NCBI RefSeq assembly: GCF_006345805.1
Contig: NC_043023.1
Location: 2,604,001 to 2,668,000, forward strand
Length of the DNA stretch: 64,000 nucleotides
From: Octopus sinensis
Lineage: Eukaryota
Direction: 5' to 3'
Of this stretch, positions 1-11,331 are shown piece after piece. The position numbers and the translations under genes were made by a program. Numbering within the stretch: position 1 is the stretch's first letter; each line of letters begins with the position of its first letter. The notes under the pieces were generated by a model, which worked only from the letters and a program-made list of their open reading frames with translations, did no database searches and had not been told where the DNA came from.

Positions 1-318
1 TGTACCTAGGACTACACTATCTAATGTATAGTAGTTAGTATTAGGGGATATAATTGTTGTTGTTTAGCTCCAGATCAGTCCTGATCCAGACACACTTATG
101 ATCAAAAACGTTCCAGCAGTGACCACCCCATCTTTTATTCATAGTGTATCTTGGACTACATCATCTAATGTATCATAGAGTATTTAGTCTGCATGGTTAT
201 AGCTGTTTTTGTTTAGCCCTCGGTCAGCCCTGATCCAGACATAATTATGATCAAAGACGTTCCAGTTGTGACCATCCCATCTTTTATTCATAGTGTATCT
301 TGGACTACATTATTTAAT
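1..318. repeat. Tandem ~150-bp units of an interspersed repeat (putative SINE 3' portion)
   Basis: Unit ...gatcaaagacgttccag..gtgaccatcccatcttttattcatagtgtatcttggactaca recurs at ~100 and ~250, and again at 3720-4080. Confidence 0.6.
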
Positions 319-359
319 GTTTAGTTTTTGTAGTTGTTGTTGCTGTTTGTTTGTTTGTT

Positions 360-722
360 TGTTGAGCAAAGCGGTCTTTGTCCCTAGTGGGAGAAGTCTG
401 AAACGTGGTCCTTTGCTATTCATAAGACCTGCAGAAGAGAAAGCAGGTCAACCCCCAACACCGAGAGCATCGACGGATGGATGAATGTTTATCCACGCTC
501 AGCGGTTAGATAGGAAGTTGGGGACAAGAAACAGGAAGAAAGAGTGAGAGAAAGTTGGAGCAAAAGAGTACAACAGGGGTCGCCACCACCCCCTGCCAGA
601 GCCTCATGGAGCTTTAGGTGTTTTTGCTCAATAAACACACACAATGCCCGGAACGGGAATCGAAACCGCGATCCTCCGACCACGAATCCGCTGCCCTAAC
701 CACTGGGCCATTGCACCTCCAC
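360..722 (-). mobile_element. tRNA-derived SINE (tRNA-Arg-like head)
   Basis: Minus strand begins gtggaggtgcaatggcccagtggttagggcagcggattcgtggtcggaggatcgcggtttcgattccc, with A box TGGCCCAGTGG and B box GGTTTCGATTCC; related copies at 42992-43592. Confidence 0.75.
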
Positions 723-924
723 TGTTGCTGCTGTTGATGTGGTTTAGACCAATCAAAATGAAGAAGAAAAACTTTAAAAGAAGAGTGAAAGAGAAAAGGA
801 AGAAAGAAGGAAAATGGAAAGCATTGAATGAGAGAATGAAATGAAGGAAATCATAGAAGGTGAATGAGTGGAAGACAAGAGAGAAAGATGGAAAAGAAAA
901 AGGATTAAAGAGGAGAATAACAGA

Positions 925-1505
925 GAATGAAGGAAGGAAATGGTAAGAAGGAAAAACAGAAAGAAGGAAGGAAATGGTAAGAAGGAAAAACAGAAAGAAG
1001 GAAGGAAATGGTAGGAAGGAAAAACAGAAAGGGGGAAGGAAATGGTAAGAAGGAAAAACAGAAAGAAGGAAGGAAATGGTAGGAAGGAAAAACAGAAAGG
1101 GGGAAGGAAATGGTAGGAAGGAAAAACAGAAAGGGGGAAGGAAATGGTAAGAAGGAAAAACAGAAAGAAGGAAGGAAATGGTAGGAAGGAAAAACAGAAA
1201 GGGGGAAGGAAATGGTAGGAAGGAAAAACAGAAAGGGGGAAGGAAATGGTAAGAAGGAAAAACAGAAAGGGGGAAGGAAATGGTAGGAAGGAAAAACAGA
1301 AAGGGGGAAGGAAATGGTAAAAGGAAAAAACAGAAAGAAGAAGGAATGGTAGGAAGGAAAAACAGAAAGGGGGAAGGAAATGGTAAGAAGGAAAAACAGA
1401 AAGAAGGAAGAAATGGTAGGAAGGAAAAACAGAAAGAAGGAAGGAAATGGTAGGAAGGAAAAACAGAAAGGGGGAAGGAAATGGTAAGAAGGAAAAACAG
1501 AAAGG
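925..1505. repeat. 34-bp purine-rich minisatellite, ~17 copies
   Basis: Unit gaaggaaatggtaggaaggaaaaacagaaagggg with agaa/gggg variants. Confidence 0.9.
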
Positions 1506-1570
1506 GGTAATGTCCCCTTCCCCTAACTTGGTGCATCTGCAAGAAATGATGGGACGTAAAAGGACCACTG

Positions 1571-1571
1571 C

Positions 1572-1603
<32 letters not shown>

Positions 1604-1840
1604 ATACACACACACGCATACACCCACACACACACTCACACATACACACACACACCCACATACACACACACACATACACACTCACACATACACACACCCA
1701 CCCACCCAACCACCCAACCACCCACCCACATACACACACATACACACACACCCCACATACACACACATACACCCACACCCACATACACACATACACACAC
1801 ATACACCCACACACACACACATATACACACACATACACAT
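1571..1840. repeat. (CA)n-rich microsatellite
   Basis: Direct reading. Confidence 0.95.
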
Positions 1841-2099
1841 GCAGAGGCTCTTCCATGTCTGTCAGTGAGCAGCGCCAACCGATGATCACCGACCAATCAG
1901 TTTCCTCAGCCATCCCAGCTCTTCATCTTCGTGCCCCCCCCCCCCGACCGCACCCAGCCTCCGCATCTGTAGGTGTTGATAAGATGTCAGACAAGACAAA
2001 CATCATTGTATTGCAAATTGGCTGGAATTCAATCTGTGGTGAGATAACACAGCCCTTCCCCCACCCCTCTCTCTCTCTTTCCCCCATCCCACCACCACA

Positions 2100-3548
2100 C
2101 ACTGGTGGTGGTGGGGGCAGCAGCAACGGCGGTGGTGGTGGTGATAAATATGCTGGTGGTGATGATTGTAGTGGTGGTAAAGGTGATGGTGGTGGTGGTA
2201 AAGGTGGATGTGGTGGTGATGGTGGTGGTGGTCAAAGTGGATGTGGTGGTGGTAAAGGTGGATGTGATGGTGGTGGTGGTGGTGATGATGGTGGTAGTAA
2301 AAGTGGAGGTGGTGGTGGTGGTGGTGGTGGTGGTGGTGATGATGATGGTGGTGATGAAGGTGGTAGTAAAGGTGGATGTAGTGGTGGTGGTGATGGTGGT
2401 GGTGGTGGTGATGATGATGGTGGTGGTGATGAAGGTGGTAGTAAAGGTGGATGTGGTTGAGATGGTGGTGGTAATAGTGGCAGTGGTGGTAAAGGTGATG
2501 GTGGATGTGGTGGTGGTGATGATGGCAGTGGAGGTAATAGTGATGGTTGGGATGCTAGTGGAGATGGTATTAGTGATTGTGATGGTTCTGGTGGTAGTGG
2601 TGGTGATTGTTGTGACCATAGTACTCTGGTAGTGTTCATGCTGTTGGCAGTGGTGATGGTAGTAGTGGTGATAGTGGTAGTGGTGGTCGTGCGATGATGG
2701 AATTTGCTGTTGTGTATCATGTATCGGTGATGGCGCATTTGTGGTGTCGCAGTGCCATGTTGTCTTGTGACGGTTTATGATGGACGGTTGTGGTGTTTGC
2801 TGTCGTGTGGTTTCTGATGTAGTACAGGTGGTTGTTGGTGTATGGTAGCAGTAGTATTGTGTGTTGTATGCTGCTGGTGGTAATTTGTAGTAGAGGCGGT
2901 AGTTTGTGGTAGTATGCATTGTGTACTGGTGTCGGTAGTAGTAGTGGTGGTGGTGGTAGTGGAGTATTCTGTTGAGTTATTGTGGTGGTTGTAGTGTGCT
3001 GTTGTGTGGTGGTGATGGTGGTGGTGGTGGCTGTGGTGGTTTTGTGGATTTGTGATGGTGGTGGTGGTTGTTGTAGTAGTAGTGGTGATGATGATAATAG
3101 ATGTGATGATAGCAAAAGTAGTGGTGGTGGTGGTAGTGATGGTGATGACAATAATAGTTGTGGTGGCAGGGGTGGTGGTGTTGATGATATTGATGGTGAT
3201 GATGACGTTGGTGGTGGTGGTGGAGATGGTGGTATTGATGGTGGTGGTGGTGATGATGATGATGGTAAAGTTGGCAGTGGTGGTGGCGTTGATGGTATTG
3301 ATGGTGGTGATAATGATGATGATGGTGATGTTGGCAGTGGTGGTGGTGGTGGTAGTGTTTTTGGTGGTGATGATGATGATGGAAATGTTGGCAGTGGTAG
3401 TGGTGGTGTTGGTGGTAGTGGTGATGATGGTTGGGTGGTGGTGGTGGTGTTGGTTGTGGTGGTGGTGGTGGCGATAGTGTTGATGTTGGCAGTGGTGGGG
3501 ATCATGGCAGGCATGGCAGTGGTGGTGGTGGTGGTGGTTCTGGTGTTG
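2100..3548. repeat. (GGT/GAT/GTA)n trinucleotide low-complexity tract
   Basis: Direct reading; explains the poly-Gly/Val/Thr/Pro ORFs in several frames. Confidence 0.9.
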
Positions 3549-3719
3549 GGGTCCTGATCGAAGATTCCATCAAAGACCAGTTTGGCACTTCCAGAATTGA
3601 TTCCTTCGTTCTTGCTAATTAGCTTTCGTGTTATAGGGGGTGGGGGTCATGGAGAGGGTGGTGGAGTGTAACACTTTAAATGGCTATCTTCGTTTTCTTT
3701 GGATATGTTGCTGTTGTGC

Positions 3720-4080
3720 TTCTTGTTGCTCTTTAACCCCAGGTCAGTCCAGATCCAGCAGACCTATCTATGATCATAGATGTTCCAGCTTTGACCATCC
3801 CATCTTTTATTCAGACTAAGTGTATCTTGGACTACAGTATCAGAAGTATAGCATAGTAGTTTAGTATTAGTTGCTATAGTTGTTGTTTAGCTCTAGACTG
3901 GTCTTTATCCAGATGTTCCAATCGTGACCATCCAGTCTTCTATTCAGACATAATGTATCTAAGACTACATTGTATAGTAGTTTACTGTTAGTGTATATAG
4001 TTGGTGGTGCTGATCCAGTAGACCTGTAATCAAAGATGCTCCAGCTGTGACCATCCCGCCTTTTATTCAGGCATAGTGTA
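3720..4080. repeat. Three degenerate tandem units of the repeat seen at 1-318
   Basis: gaccatccc.tctt.tattcag..ta.tgtat motif at ~3793, ~3927 and ~4048. Confidence 0.55.
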
Positions 4081-4081
4081 T

Positions 4082-4268
4082 TCTTTTATCTTTTTCAATC
4101 ATTTGACCACAGCCATGCTGGAGCACCACTTTTAGTCGAACAAATCAACTCCAGGACTTATTCTTTGTAAGCCCAGTACTTATTCTATCGGTCTCTTTAG
4201 CCAAATCACTAATTGACAGGGATCTAAACACACCAGCATCAGTTGTCAAGCGACGGTGGAGGGACACT

Positions 4269-4300
<32 letters not shown>

Positions 4301-4473
4301 CACATATATACAGCGGGCTTCTTTCAGTTTCCGTCTACCAAATCCACTCACAAGGCTTTGGTCAGTCCAAGGCTATAGTAAAGACACTTGCCCAAGGTGC
4401 CATGCAGTGGGACTGAACCTGGAACCATGTGGTTGGTTAGCGAGCTACTTACCACACAGCCACTCCTGCGCCT
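4082..4473 (-). mobile_element. CORE-like tRNA SINE (family A), full length
   Basis: Head aggcgcaggagtggctgtgtggtaagtagc...ggttcagtcccact; CORE-like ggcaccttgggcaagtgtct; internal TA/TG microsatellite; tail ...ccagcatggc...gtcaaatga. Confidence 0.8.
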
Positions 4474-4544
4474 ATATATATATATATATAATGGAAAAAT
4501 TGTACAAAATGTATCAATGGATACAAAGTACAAAAGTTTCTTAT

Positions 4545-4959
4545 TTCTTTACTACCCACAAGGGGCTAGAAAGAGTGGGGAACAAACAAGAACAGACAAA
4601 GGGATTAAGTCGATTACATCGACTCCAGTGCGTAACTGGTACTTAATTTATCGACCCCGAAAGGATGAAAGGCAAAGTCAACCTCGGAGGAATTGGAACT
4701 CAGAATGTAACAGCAGATGAAATACCTATTTCTTTACCACCCACAAGGGGCTAAACACAGAGGAGACAAACTAGGACAGACAGACGGATTAAGTCAATTA
4801 TATCGACTCCAGCGTGCAACTGGTACTTAATTTATTGACCCCGAAAGGATGAAAGGCAAAGTTGACCTCAGCGGAATTTGAACTCAGAATGTAACGGCAG
4901 ACGAAATATGGCTATGCATTTCGCCCAGTGTGCTAACTTTTCTGCCAGCTCGCCGCCTT
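4545..4959 (-). mobile_element. Meta-domain-like tRNA SINE (family B) with duplicated 3' part
   Basis: Head aaggcggcgagctggcagaaa; domain gttcaaattccgctgaggtcaactttgcctttcatcctttcggggtcaataaattaagtaccag present twice. Confidence 0.7.
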
Positions 4960-5223
4960 TGTACAAAGTACAAAAGTACAAAACTTTCTGCTACCATAAC
5001 AAATGCTTCTGTGTGTTACCAAAAAATTTATAGAGAGTGAAAAAATCTTCTAAGCAAACAACTCTAGATTTTTGTTTTAAAAAGAATTCTACAAGTCTCT
5101 TTTCGAATGCTTGTGAATCGGTGGTCTTGTCTAAAAGTGACCGTGTGTATGAGTCTAGTGTAAGTGAAAGTGATTAAAAAAAACCATTATAATAATATTT
5201 TTTTTATTATAAATGATCTTGAC

Positions 5224-5437
5224 ATTCTGTTGTGTCTGGGGAAAGTCATTTTCTTTTTGTGGCTTATAATTTAACACACTCACCGGTAAAATTTTCACTT
5301 ATTTCTTATTTTTATTTTCCTAAAATTTTCATTGCATCTTACAACCTTTTCAATAGTCTTAAGTAGAAATTTTACCAGTGAGTGTGTTACATTATAAGGC
5401 ACAAAAAGAAAATGGGTCTCCCTAGATACAACAGAAT
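5224..5437. repeat. Fold-back element: ~72-bp imperfect inverted repeats around a 70-bp spacer
   Basis: 5224-5295 is the reverse complement of 5366-5437 with a few mismatches; a 14-bp direct repeat gatcttgacattct occurs at 5215 and 5497. Confidence 0.8.
5320..5356 (-). ncRNA. Putative minimal hammerhead ribozyme, U3-A8 core variant
   Basis: CTA|TTGAAAA|G|GTTGT-AAGAT-GCAAT|GAA|AATT|T|TAG: stem I CTA/TAG, 5-bp stem II with two G.U pairs, palindromic stem III. Confidence 0.5.
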
Positions 5438-5739
5438 ATGCTTCAACACACGAACTCATATAAAGAATCTTGCAAACCAAATCCAAAAACGAAATAGATC
5501 TTGACATTCTTTTTACTTTGTAGAAAATATTCCTTACATTCTACTGTTGTTTTATTGCCATTGAGTATTATAAATTTTATAGGTAAAATATTTTTCTGGG
5601 AATGAATCATGATTTATAACATTGCTTCTATCGGATATTATTGCTCTGCCTTATGAGTTTTCAATTTATGAATAGTTTCTGGAAACAAATTAACTCATAT
5701 ATCAAGGCATTACGATTTCATGATTGAACTCTTTACTTT

Positions 5740-6075
5740 CTCATGTTCCTCTCTGCTGAAGAGCGTAGGCTCAAAACGTAAAAGACTTTCTCACCTTCCC
5801 GAGCATTAAACTAATACAACTGTTTGTTGTTTATACACCTGTCTTTCTCTTTTGTATTTCTATATATATATATATATACGCCATGTTGGATCGTTGGCCC
5901 CTACACGCAATTTTTTTCTCTCCTTGTTTCTTTTCTGTGTATCTTTCTGTCGAAGAGCGTAGGCTCGAAACGTAAAAGACTTGTTTTGTCTCTATTCCTG
6001 AGCGCCATACTAATACATTGTTTGATTGTACTCCACCTGCCTTCGGCTTTTGCTTATTTTCGTAAACCTTCCCGT
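5740..6075 (+). mobile_element. Penelope-like pseudo-LTR remnant, two ~194-bp tandem units
   Basis: gaagagcgtaggctc(g/a)aaacgtaaaagact at 5758 and 5952; same family at 38030-38160. Confidence 0.65.
5942..5979 (+). ncRNA. Putative minimal type I hammerhead ribozyme (A6 variant)
   Basis: TCTTT|CTGTCGA|A|GAGC-GTAG-GCTC|GAA|ACGT|A|AAAGA: 5-bp stem I, 4-bp stem II, palindromic stem III ACGT, GUA triplet. Confidence 0.6.
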
Positions 6076-6086
6076 TATATATATAT

Positions 6087-6462
6087 TCTTTTATTCTTTT
6101 ACTTGTTTCCATCATTTGACTGTGGCCATGATGCAGCACCGCCTTTAGTTGAGCAAATCGACCCCGGGACTTATTCTTTGTAAGCCTAGTACTTATTCCA
6201 TCGGTCTCTTTTGCTGAACCGCTATGTTACTGGGACATAAACACACCAACATCGGTTGTCAAGCGATGTTGGGGGGACAAACATACACACACACACATTT
6301 ATATGACGGGCTTCTTTCAGTTTCCATCTACCAAATCCATTCACAAGGCTTTGGTCAGCCCATGGTTATAGTAGAAGACACTTGCCCAAGTTACCACACA
6401 GTGGGACTGAACCTGGAACCATGTGGTTGGTAAGCTACTCACCACACTGCCACTCCTGCACC

Positions 6463-6463
<1 letters not shown>
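6087..6463 (-). mobile_element. SINE family A copy
   Basis: Same head, CORE-like segment and tail as 4082-4473. Confidence 0.8.
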
Positions 6464-6521
<58 letters not shown>

Positions 6522-6526
6522 GTATG

Positions 6527-6572
<46 letters not shown>

Positions 6573-7049
6573 CGTGCACACACACTCACACATATATATG
6601 TATATATATATTTATATATATATGTATATAATATATGTATATACAATGAGCTTCTTTCAATTTCTGTCTATTAAATTCACTCACAACAGCTTTGAACAGC
6701 CCAATGCTCTAGTAGAAAGCACTTGCCCACTTACCCAAGGTGCCATACAATGGGACTGAACCCTGAACCGTGAGGCTGGGAAGCTAAATTCTTACCACAC
6801 AGCCATGTCTGTGTAAATATTTTCAAATATAGATTATTCAGCTAAAAAATAGGAAATTTAAAAAAAATATCTTTTCTTGTTTCTGCAGAGAGTCATTATG
6901 CCAATATTTAATTAACACACATACTGATTAGTCAGTTGGTTAATTATCCAACCAATTTGTTTTGTTTTTATTGGTCAAAGCACTTTCGTTACTTCTTGCG
7001 ACCTTTTCAATGACTTTTGACTTCGTCCATTACAAAGGCCACGTTTGTC

Positions 7050-9040
7050 TCTCTTTACTCTCTCTTTTACTTGTTTCAGTCATTTGACTGCGGCCATGCT
7101 GGAGCACCGCCTTTTAGTCAAGCAAATCTACCCCAGGGCTTATTCTTTGTAAGCCCAGTACTTATTCTATCAGTCTCTTTTCTCTTTTACTTGTTTCAGT
7201 CATTTGACTGCAGCCATGCTGGAGCACCACCTTTAGTCAAGCAAATCTACCCCAGGGCTTATTCTTTGTAAGCCTAGTACTTATTCTATTGGTTTCTTTA
7301 CTCTTTTACTTGTTTCAGTCATTTGACTGTGGCCATGCTGGAGCACCGCCTTTTAGTCAAGCAAATCTACCCCAGGGCTTATTCTTTGTAAGCCTAGTAC
7401 TTATTCTATTGGTTTCTTTACTCTTTTACTTGTTTCAGTCATTTGACTGTGGCCATGCAGGAGCACCACCTTTAGTCAAGCAAATCTACCCCAGGGCTTA
7501 TCTTTGTAAGCCTAGTACTTATTCTATTGGTCTTTTTCTCTTTAACTCTGTTACTTGTTTTTCAGTCATTTGACTGTGGCCATGCAGGAGCACCACCTTT
7601 AGTCAAGCAAATCTACCCCAGGGCTTATTCTTTGTAAGCCCAGTACTTATCTATTGGTCTCTTTTCTCTTTAACTCTGTACTGTTTCAGTCATTTGACTG
7701 TGGCCATGCTGGAGCCACACCTTTAGTCAAGCAAATCTACCCCAGGGCTTATTCTTTGTAAGCCTAGTACTTATTCTATTGGTCTCTTTTCTCTTTAACT
7801 CTGTTACTTGTTTCAGTCATTTGACTGTGGCCATGCAGGAGCACCACCTTTAGTCAAGCAAATCTACCCCAGGGCTTATTCTTTGTAAGCCTAGTACTTA
7901 TTCTATTGGTCTCTTTACTCTTTAACTCTGTTACTTGTTTCAGTCATTTGACTGTGGCCATGCAGGAGCACCACCTTTAGTCAAGCAAATCTACCCCAGG
8001 GCTTATTCTTTGTAAGCCTAGTACTTATTCTATTGGTCTCTTTACTCTTTAACTCTGTTACTTGTTTCAGTCATTGACTGTGGCCATGCAGGAGCACCAC
8101 TTTAGTCAAGCAAATCTACCCCAGGGCTTATTCTTTGTAAGCCTAGTACTTATTCTATTGGTCTCTTTACTCTTTAACTCTGTTACTTGTTTCAGTCATT
8201 TGACTGTGGCCATGCAGGAGCACCACCTTTAGTCAAGCAAATCTACCCCAGGGCTATTCTTTGTAAGCCTAGTACTTATTCTAGTGGTCTCTTTACTCTT
8301 TAACTCTGTTACTGTTTCAGTCATTTGACTGTGGCCATTGCAGGAGCACCGCCTTTTAGTTGAACAAATCAACCCCAGGACTTATTCTTTGTAAGCCTAG
8401 TACTTATTCTATCGGTCTCTTTTCTCTTTTACTCTTTTACTTGTTTCAGCCATTTGACTGTGGCCATGCTGGAGCACTGCCTTTAGTCGAGCAAATCAAC
8501 CCCAGGACTTATTCTTTGTAAGCCTAGTACTTATTCTATTGGTCTCTTTACTCTTTAACTCTGTTACTTGTTTCAGTCATTTGACTGTGGCCATGCAGGA
8601 GCACCGCCTTTTAGTTGAACAAATCAACCCCAGGACTTATTCTTTGTAAGCCTAGTACTTATTCTATCGGTCTCTTTTCTCTTTTACTCTTTTACTTGTT
8701 TCAGCCATTTGACTGTGGCCATGCTGGAGCACCGCCTTTAGTCGAGCAAATCAACCCCAGGACTTATTCTTTGTAAGCCTAGTACTAATTCTATCGGTCT
8801 CTCTTCTCTTTTACTCTTTTACTTGTTTCAGCCATTTGACTGTGGCCATGCTGGAGCACCGCCTTTAGTCGAGCAAATCAACCCCAGGACTTATTCTTTG
8901 TAAGCTTAGTACTTATTCTATCGGTCTCTTTTCTTTTTTACTTGTTTCAGCCATTTGACTGCGGCCATGCTGGAGCACCGCCTTTAGTCGAACAAATCAA
9001 CCCCAGGACTTATTCTTTGTAAGCCTAGTACTTTATTCTA
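7050..9040 (-). repeat. Tandem array of ~16 copies of the ~120-127-bp SINE family A 3' tail
   Basis: cat(t)tgactg recurs at ~7081, 7201, 7321, 7440, 7568, 7691, 7818, 7946, 8072, 8197, 8322, 8451, 8578, 8706, 8832 and 8952. Confidence 0.9.
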
Positions 9041-9326
9041 TTGGTGTCTTTTGCTAAACCGCTAAGTTATGGGGATGTAAACACACCAGCATCGGTTGTC
9101 AAGCAATGTTGAGGGGACAAACACTGACACACAAACATACATACACACACACATATATATATGACAGGCTTCTTTTCAGTTTCCGTCTACCAAATCCACT
9201 CACAAGGCTTTGGTCGGCCCGAGGCTATAGTAGAAGACGCTTGCCCAAAGTGCCACACAGTGGGACTGAACCCAGAACCATGTGGTTGGTAAGCAAGCTA
9301 CTTACCACACAGTCACTCCTGCACCT
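9040..9326 (-). mobile_element. SINE family A head and body, continuous with the tail array
   Basis: Head and CORE-like segment intact. Confidence 0.8.
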
Positions 9327-9514
9327 ATGTACATACATATTTTTTCTGTTTTTCTTTGTTTCATGGGATTTGCATATGGGTGGGGAAGACATGTTATTCA
9401 TTATCCTAAGTCAGCTTTTAGTATGCTAACTTCCACATTGTGTGACAAGGCCGACTTCTACTGAATCTATGGGATTCATGTAATAGAAGTGAAAGAACTT
9501 TGTTTACAGTTTTA

Positions 9515-9738
9515 TTTCTTTATTGCCCACAAGGGACTAAACACAGAAGGGATAAACAAGGACAGACAAAGGGATTAAGTCGATTACATCGACCCCAGTG
9601 CGTAACTGGTACGTATTTAATCGACCCCAAAAGGATGAAAGGCAAAGTCGACCTTGGCGGAATTTGAACTCAGAATGTAACGACAGACGAAATCCCGCTA
9701 TGGATTTCGCCTGGTGTGCTAACATTTCTGCCAGCTCT
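9515..9738 (-). mobile_element. SINE family B copy
   Basis: Matches 4545-4959. Confidence 0.75.
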
Positions 9739-9800
9739 GTTACTAACAGTTTCTAACCAAAGTTCAGTATCATGAATTGATAGTCTATTGATAGGGTGCC

Positions 9801-10130
9801 TAGCATCATCATCATTTGATGTTCATTGTCCATGCTGGTATGGGTTGGACGGTTTGACCTGGGCTGGCAAGCTGGAAGGCTACACCAGACTCCAGTCTGA
9901 TTTAGCATGGTTTCTGTTGCTGGACACCCTTCCTAACACCAACCACTCCTGTAATGGCTGCTTTTATGTGCCACCAGCATGTGTGCCATTTGCGTGACAC
10001 CAGTATCTACCATGACTGATTTAATTTGGCTTGATGGGTCTTCTTCTCAAGCATGGCATATCACCAAAGGTCCCTGTCATTTCTTATTGCCTCCATGAGG
10101 CCCAATGCTCAAAAGGTGCTTTTTATGTGT
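9801..10130 (-). mobile_element. RTE-type LINE/SINE 3' UTR with (GAT)n tail
   Basis: catcatcatcat...ccatgctggtatgggttggacggtttgacc, homologous to 62343-62620. Confidence 0.65.
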
Positions 10131-10299
10131 CAGCAGCTTAGTGGGGGTAAAATATATATATATATCATTTAATATAAATCCCAAAGAACAGCAATGTCCC
10201 AAATATAATGTGGCCTCATCATTTTTTATCAGTGATGCCATGGTCTAGTGGTTAGGGTATTGTAGTCACTGTCACAAGATTGTTGCTTTGATCCCCGGA

Positions 10300-10832
10300 A
10301 CAGTTGGTATGTTGTGTTTTTATGGTAGACGGAAACTGAATGAAGCTTACTGCATATATATATATATATCTACATATATGTGTGTGTGTGTTTGTGTCTG
10401 TGTTGGTGCCCCACTGCCACTTAATAACCAGTGTTGTTTTGTTTACGTCCTTGTAACTTAGCGCTTCAGCGAAAGAGACAGAGAGAATAGGTACCAGGTT
10501 TAAAGGGTTAATCTGCATGACTAAAATTTCCTCAAAGTAGTGCCCCAGCATGGCTGCAGTCTAATGTCTGAAACTACTAAAAGATAAAAGATATATATGT
10601 ATATATGTGTGTGTGTGCACGTATGTATTTGTTCCCATCATCACCGCCGACAACCAGTGTTGGTATATTTATATCCCTTTAACTTAGCAGTTCGACAAAA
10701 GAGACTGATAGAATAGGCACTAAGCTCAAAAAAATAAATCTTGGATCGATTTACTTGGCTAAAAACCCTCCAAGACAGTGCTCCAGCATGGCCCCAGTCA
10801 AATGACTGAAACAAGCAAAAGAATAAAAGAAT
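10300..10832 (+). mobile_element. Two degraded SINE family A 3' halves
   Basis: ccccagcatggctgcagtc and ctccagcatggccccagtcaaatgactgaaac tails. Confidence 0.65.
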
Positions 10833-10904
10833 ATATGTGGTGTGTGTGTAAGTATAAATACACGTGTGTGTGTGTGTGTGTTTATATATATATGTTGTTA
10901 ATGT

Positions 10905-11185
10905 CTTGTTATTTGCATTTGTATTTGTGTACCATTTCTCCAGTTTTTTTTTCCCGCTCTTGTTTCCGTATACATTTGCTGCTTTCTTCCAAGAAATCTA
11001 GTGCTCTTAGCTTAGTTTTTCCTTTGGGGCTGGTCAGATTGGAGCAATCTTCAGTATAACCAGCTGAAATTGCAAAGATAATCTGGAACTCGACTGAGGA
11101 AAGAAAACTCCAAATGCCCCATCCTTGTCCCTTTTTTGTATCATCTGTCTGGATGTTTTGCATACTTGTCCCATTTCTTGTATGC
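10905..11185. mobile_element. Probable Penelope-like terminal-repeat remnant
   Basis: Non-simple sequence between TA/TG tracts next to a GIY-YIG relic; degenerate ctgaggaa...ctccaaa motif; family assignment is from recall. Confidence 0.35.
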
Positions 11186-11331
11186 CTTTATATATAATAT
11201 ATATATAATATATAATATATATATATATATATAATATAATATATACATCGCTCGCATTTTTCGTCATAAAAATTATATAAAAATACGAAAAAATAAAATA
11301 TACACCTATCACCAGCCCAACAATAAGGAAA

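Noticed and set aside
640-722. tRNA gene (also heads at 43290, 43592 and family A/B heads)
   Set aside because: A and B boxes are present, but there is no complete acceptor stem and the sequence continues into SINE bodies.
1447-2460. 337-aa Gly-rich ORF resembling a structural glycine-rich protein
   Set aside because: It runs through CA and GGT microsatellites, other frames are equally open, and there is no signal peptide or splice evidence.
7050-9040. CRISPR-like regular repeats
   Set aside because: The units are contiguous with no unique spacers, the context is eukaryotic, and no cas genes are present.
11085-11125. Hammerhead-like ctgaggaaagaaaactccaaatg
   Set aside because: GAAA is missing, and no consistent stems I-III could be drawn.
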